From an uncultured delta proteobacterium (GTDB lineage Bacteria > Desulfobacterota > Binatia > UBA9968), in NCBI GenBank assembly GCA_963804165.1, contig CAWDPO010000041.1:133378-197377 (forward strand): a DNA stretch of 64,000 nucleotides, read 5' to 3'. The position numbers and the translations under genes are program-made. Shown in pieces: positions 61,420-64,000 of the stretch. Numbering within the stretch: position 1 is the stretch's first letter; each line of letters begins with the position of its first letter. The notes under the pieces were generated by a model. That model worked only from the letters and a program-made list of their open reading frames with translations. It searched no databases and had not been told where the DNA came from.

Positions 61420-61929
61420 CTAATGATACTCGGCGCCGGGCAGCGGGTTTTGCACTGCTTCCTCCAAGGTGGTGGCGCGTTTCCACTCGTTGGCGGGGCG
61501 GCTGCGGCCGTCGGTACCGATCTGATCCATGGACGCGTAGATCTCGATCTTGTAGCCGTCCGGATCGTAGAACTCCAGACCGGGGTTGCCGCCGGGTCCG
61601 CGCCGTCCTTCATAGAAGATCGTCACGCCCTTGGATTTTAGAAAATCGCGAATCTTGAAAAGTTCCGAAACGGTTGCGACTTCCAGCGCCATGTGATCGA
61701 AGCCCACTTGACCGCGCTTGGGAAGCTCGTTTTTCTCCGTGGCTTGAACCAGCGCCACAGAGTGGTGATCGGTGGCGTTCCGGAAGAACACCATGCCGCC
61801 CTCGTTTTTGTCGGAGAACTTAAAGCCCATGATATCGGTCCAAAATTTTGTGCTGCGCTCGATGTCGCTGACGCTCAGCACGACGTGACCGATTTTCTTG
61901 ATTTTGATCGGGGAATTTTCCTCCGCCAT
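61420..61929 (-). CDS. VOC family protein (glyoxalase/extradiol dioxygenase-like)
   Basis: IGHVVLSVSD, DHHSVAL, FDHMALE, FYDPDGYKIE. Confidence 0.87.
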   Translation of the reverse strand: MAEENSPIKIKKIGHVVLSVSDIERSTKFWTDIMGFKFSDKNEGGMVFFRNATDHHSVALVQATEKNELPKRGQVGFDHMALEVATVSELFKIRDFLKSKGVTIFYEGRRGPGGNPGLEFYDPDGYKIEIYASMDQIGTDGRSRPANEWKRATTLEEAVQNPLPGAEYH

Positions 61930-62052
61930 AATCATGCTCCTTTCTAATGGATGTTGCGCGGAATCGCCGCGCTCGAAGTAGAGGATTTTTACCACGGAAA
62001 AAGGCTCAAGGCAAAGTCAAAAAAGCCGGCCGCCGGAGAAGCAACCGCGCAG

Positions 62053-62454
62053 CTATTTCAATTGAAACTTCGCCACTAGTTTGCGGCCGTACATGCGCAG
62101 CGTATTCGAATCCAACGAGCGACGCTTGAGCATGTCGAGCCGAATCATTTTCCACTGAATGCTCTTGGCGAGCGAACTGCGCTCGCCTTCGTCTTCGACG
62201 TGCTTGAGCAGATCTTCGAGAATATGGATGTCTTTGAGCAATTCGACTTCGGGCGGAAGAACATGGGCGTTTTTGAGCACGTGATAGCTGATCCGCAAGT
62301 CTTCGGGGACCCAACTCAAATCTTCCAGTTCCAGCGGTTTGCCTTTGCCGGGTAGGTTGTCGAAGGCGCCGGCCCGCTGCGCTTCCAGGATGCGCTGTTC
62401 GGCGAGGTTGTGCAGAAACGATACCGCACCCGTCGGTTGTCTGGGTCTTTTCAT
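62053..62454 (-). CDS. DUF1992 / DnaJ-related family protein
   Basis: AEQRILEAQRAGAFDNLPGKGKPL, VLKNAHVLPPEV. Confidence 0.85.
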   Translation of the reverse strand: MKRPRQPTGAVSFLHNLAEQRILEAQRAGAFDNLPGKGKPLELEDLSWVPEDLRISYHVLKNAHVLPPEVELLKDIHILEDLLKHVEDEGERSSLAKSIQWKMIRLDMLKRRSLDSNTLRMYGRKLVAKFQLK

Positions 62455-63716
62455 TTGCTAACGCCTTCGGCCGCTGAACTCGTGGCTACTTCGGCCGGCA
62501 ATTCTTCCGGCGGACGAACGTGACGAAACATCAAATAGAACGCCACGTCGTTGATCAATTGTAACCCGCCGCCGATGAATAAGGGAAGAGTGAGAGAGAC
62601 ACTTTGCATCAAGTATGTGGAGATCGTCGGGCCGATACCGAAAGGGACAACACGCGCCAGGCTGGTTACGCCGGCGGCCGAGCCGCGTTCGTCGGATTTG
62701 ACCATGGCCATGGTAAACGAAGCACGCAGCGGGTTGTCCATATAGGCAAAGAAGGAGCGAATCACCAGCAGCGCCGCCGCCAAGCCCAACGTCGGCGCCA
62801 ACGGCAGGACCAGATAGATTACTGATGCCAGGGCGTGGGAGAACGCCATGGTTTTTACCACGCCGATCTTGCGCGCGAGCACGGGCGCGCTGAGAAACGA
62901 CAGCGCGGCGAGAAAATAGGACGCAAAAAAGATGATGCCGAGAGACTTGAGCTCGACGCCGAAGCGGAGAAAAAACCAATACGGCACGAGCGCGCCGGCC
63001 ATGCCGGCGCCGAAGTTGTCGACTACCGCCAGCGCCGACATCTTGGTGACGAAAGCTCCGCTGCTCTTGGACATTTTCCTTTCGGTTGTCCGGGGCTGGT
63101 ATTGCTCGTTTATGGCCCGATACACAAATAGCAGCACCACGCTGAAGGCGATGGTCAAAATGAACAGGGGCTTGTACGAATCGACATCGGTCCAGCCCTT
63201 ATCCTCTTGAAGAAACTGCGGTAGTGCGCTGGCGAGAGCGCCCAAGGATCCCATGATTGACCCGACGCACGAATTGACGGCGAAGATTTGATTGCGATTG
63301 TCAGGCCGGCACTTCTCTGCCAGCAAAGCTTCCTCTGCTGGATTGAATGGGCCGCCTCCCGACCCGCCACCCCCGGATCCGCCCGCGCCAACGTTAGCGA
63401 TGATAACCGCAGCCAGGATGAAGAAAAGTTCTGTAAAGTAAACGAGGATGAGGTTGGAAACTATCGTCAGGACGGCGAGAAGCATCAGAATATTTCTGCG
63501 ACCCACCCGATCCGACAAATATCCCCAAAGCGCCGTAAGCACCGCCCCGCTCAAGTAAGCGACGGTGAAAATGACGCCGATCATCACCGTCGAATATCCG
63601 AGCCGGTCGAGATAGATGGCAAAAACGACGTTTAAATATGAAAAAGCGAATGCGCGGATGCCGCGAGCGGCCATCAGCAGCTTGGCGTCTCGGTGTAAAT
63701 CTCGGAGCAATCCCAT
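62451..63716 (-). CDS. MFS transporter
   Basis: GYLSDRVGRR motif A, multiple TM segments. Confidence 0.9.
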   Translation of the reverse strand: MGLLRDLHRDAKLLMAARGIRAFAFSYLNVVFAIYLDRLGYSTVMIGVIFTVAYLSGAVLTALWGYLSDRVGRRNILMLLAVLTIVSNLILVYFTELFFILAAVIIANVGAGGSGGGGSGGGPFNPAEEALLAEKCRPDNRNQIFAVNSCVGSIMGSLGALASALPQFLQEDKGWTDVDSYKPLFILTIAFSVVLLFVYRAINEQYQPRTTERKMSKSSGAFVTKMSALAVVDNFGAGMAGALVPYWFFLRFGVELKSLGIIFFASYFLAALSFLSAPVLARKIGVVKTMAFSHALASVIYLVLPLAPTLGLAAALLVIRSFFAYMDNPLRASFTMAMVKSDERGSAAGVTSLARVVPFGIGPTISTYLMQSVSLTLPLFIGGGLQLINDVAFYLMFRHVRPPEELPAEVATSSAAEGVSK

Positions 63717-63718
63717 GA

Positions 63719-64000
63719 CTATGCGATCACCGGTTGCGGTTTTGCGGCTTGTTCCTCCGGCGGTTTCACGTCGCGGAAGAGAAAATAAAAAATGCAGTCG
63801 TGGGTGAGTTGCAAGAAGCCGCCGATAAAGACGGGCACATTGAGGGTGAACGCTTGCATGAGATAGGCGGATAGAGTCGGGCTAATGGCGACGGGGACGT
63901 GGCGCGAGAGCGTCGTAAATCCTGCCGCGGCGCCGCGGTCTTCGGGGCGGACGACGCCCATGATGAACGAGCTCCGTAGCGGGTTATCCATGTAGGCGAG
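63719..64000 (-). CDS. MFS transporter C-terminus, 5' end outside window (paralog of neighbour)
   Basis: AYMDNPLRSSF...ISPTLSAYLMQ...FRDVKPPEE mirrors the C-terminus of 62451..63716. Confidence 0.85.
   Translation of the reverse strand, partial: LAYMDNPLRSSFIMGVVRPEDRGAAAGFTTLSRHVPVAISPTLSAYLMQAFTLNVPVFIGGFLQLTHDCIFYFLFRDVKPPEEQAAKPQPVIA

Overview
Bacterial chromosomal window, GC about 57-60% by eye. The gene mix resembles a deltaproteobacterial-grade lineage such as Binatota (inference). Positions 1-25 kb and 56-64 kb are accessory and catabolic: four Amidohydro_2 genes, several NMT1/SsuA-type solute-binding proteins without permeases, a Rieske oxygenase, a Cys-less Asp/Glu-racemase-fold protein, gor, a sigma54-driven CADD/PqqC-like diiron enzyme, an ECF sigma/anti-sigma pair, a B12 radical SAM enzyme and an ABC transporter. 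Positions 25-56 kb are mostly core genes: ptrB, rarA, rplS-trmD(fusion)-rimM-khpA-rpsP-ffh, groESL, a peptidoglycan-recycling cluster, folK, dapL, tRNA-fMet, coaD, rsmD, ftsY, smc and rne/rng. No CRISPR array, rRNA, transposase or prophage was seen. Seven single-base indels break otherwise intact genes, most likely assembly errors. The best leads are a dispersed family of 9-bp-period GTTC(A/C)A tandem/inverted repeats, an 800-bp structured intergenic region plus sigma54 promoter before the diiron enzyme, paired NrdR-like boxes at the smc promoter and a DnaA-box cluster far from dnaA.
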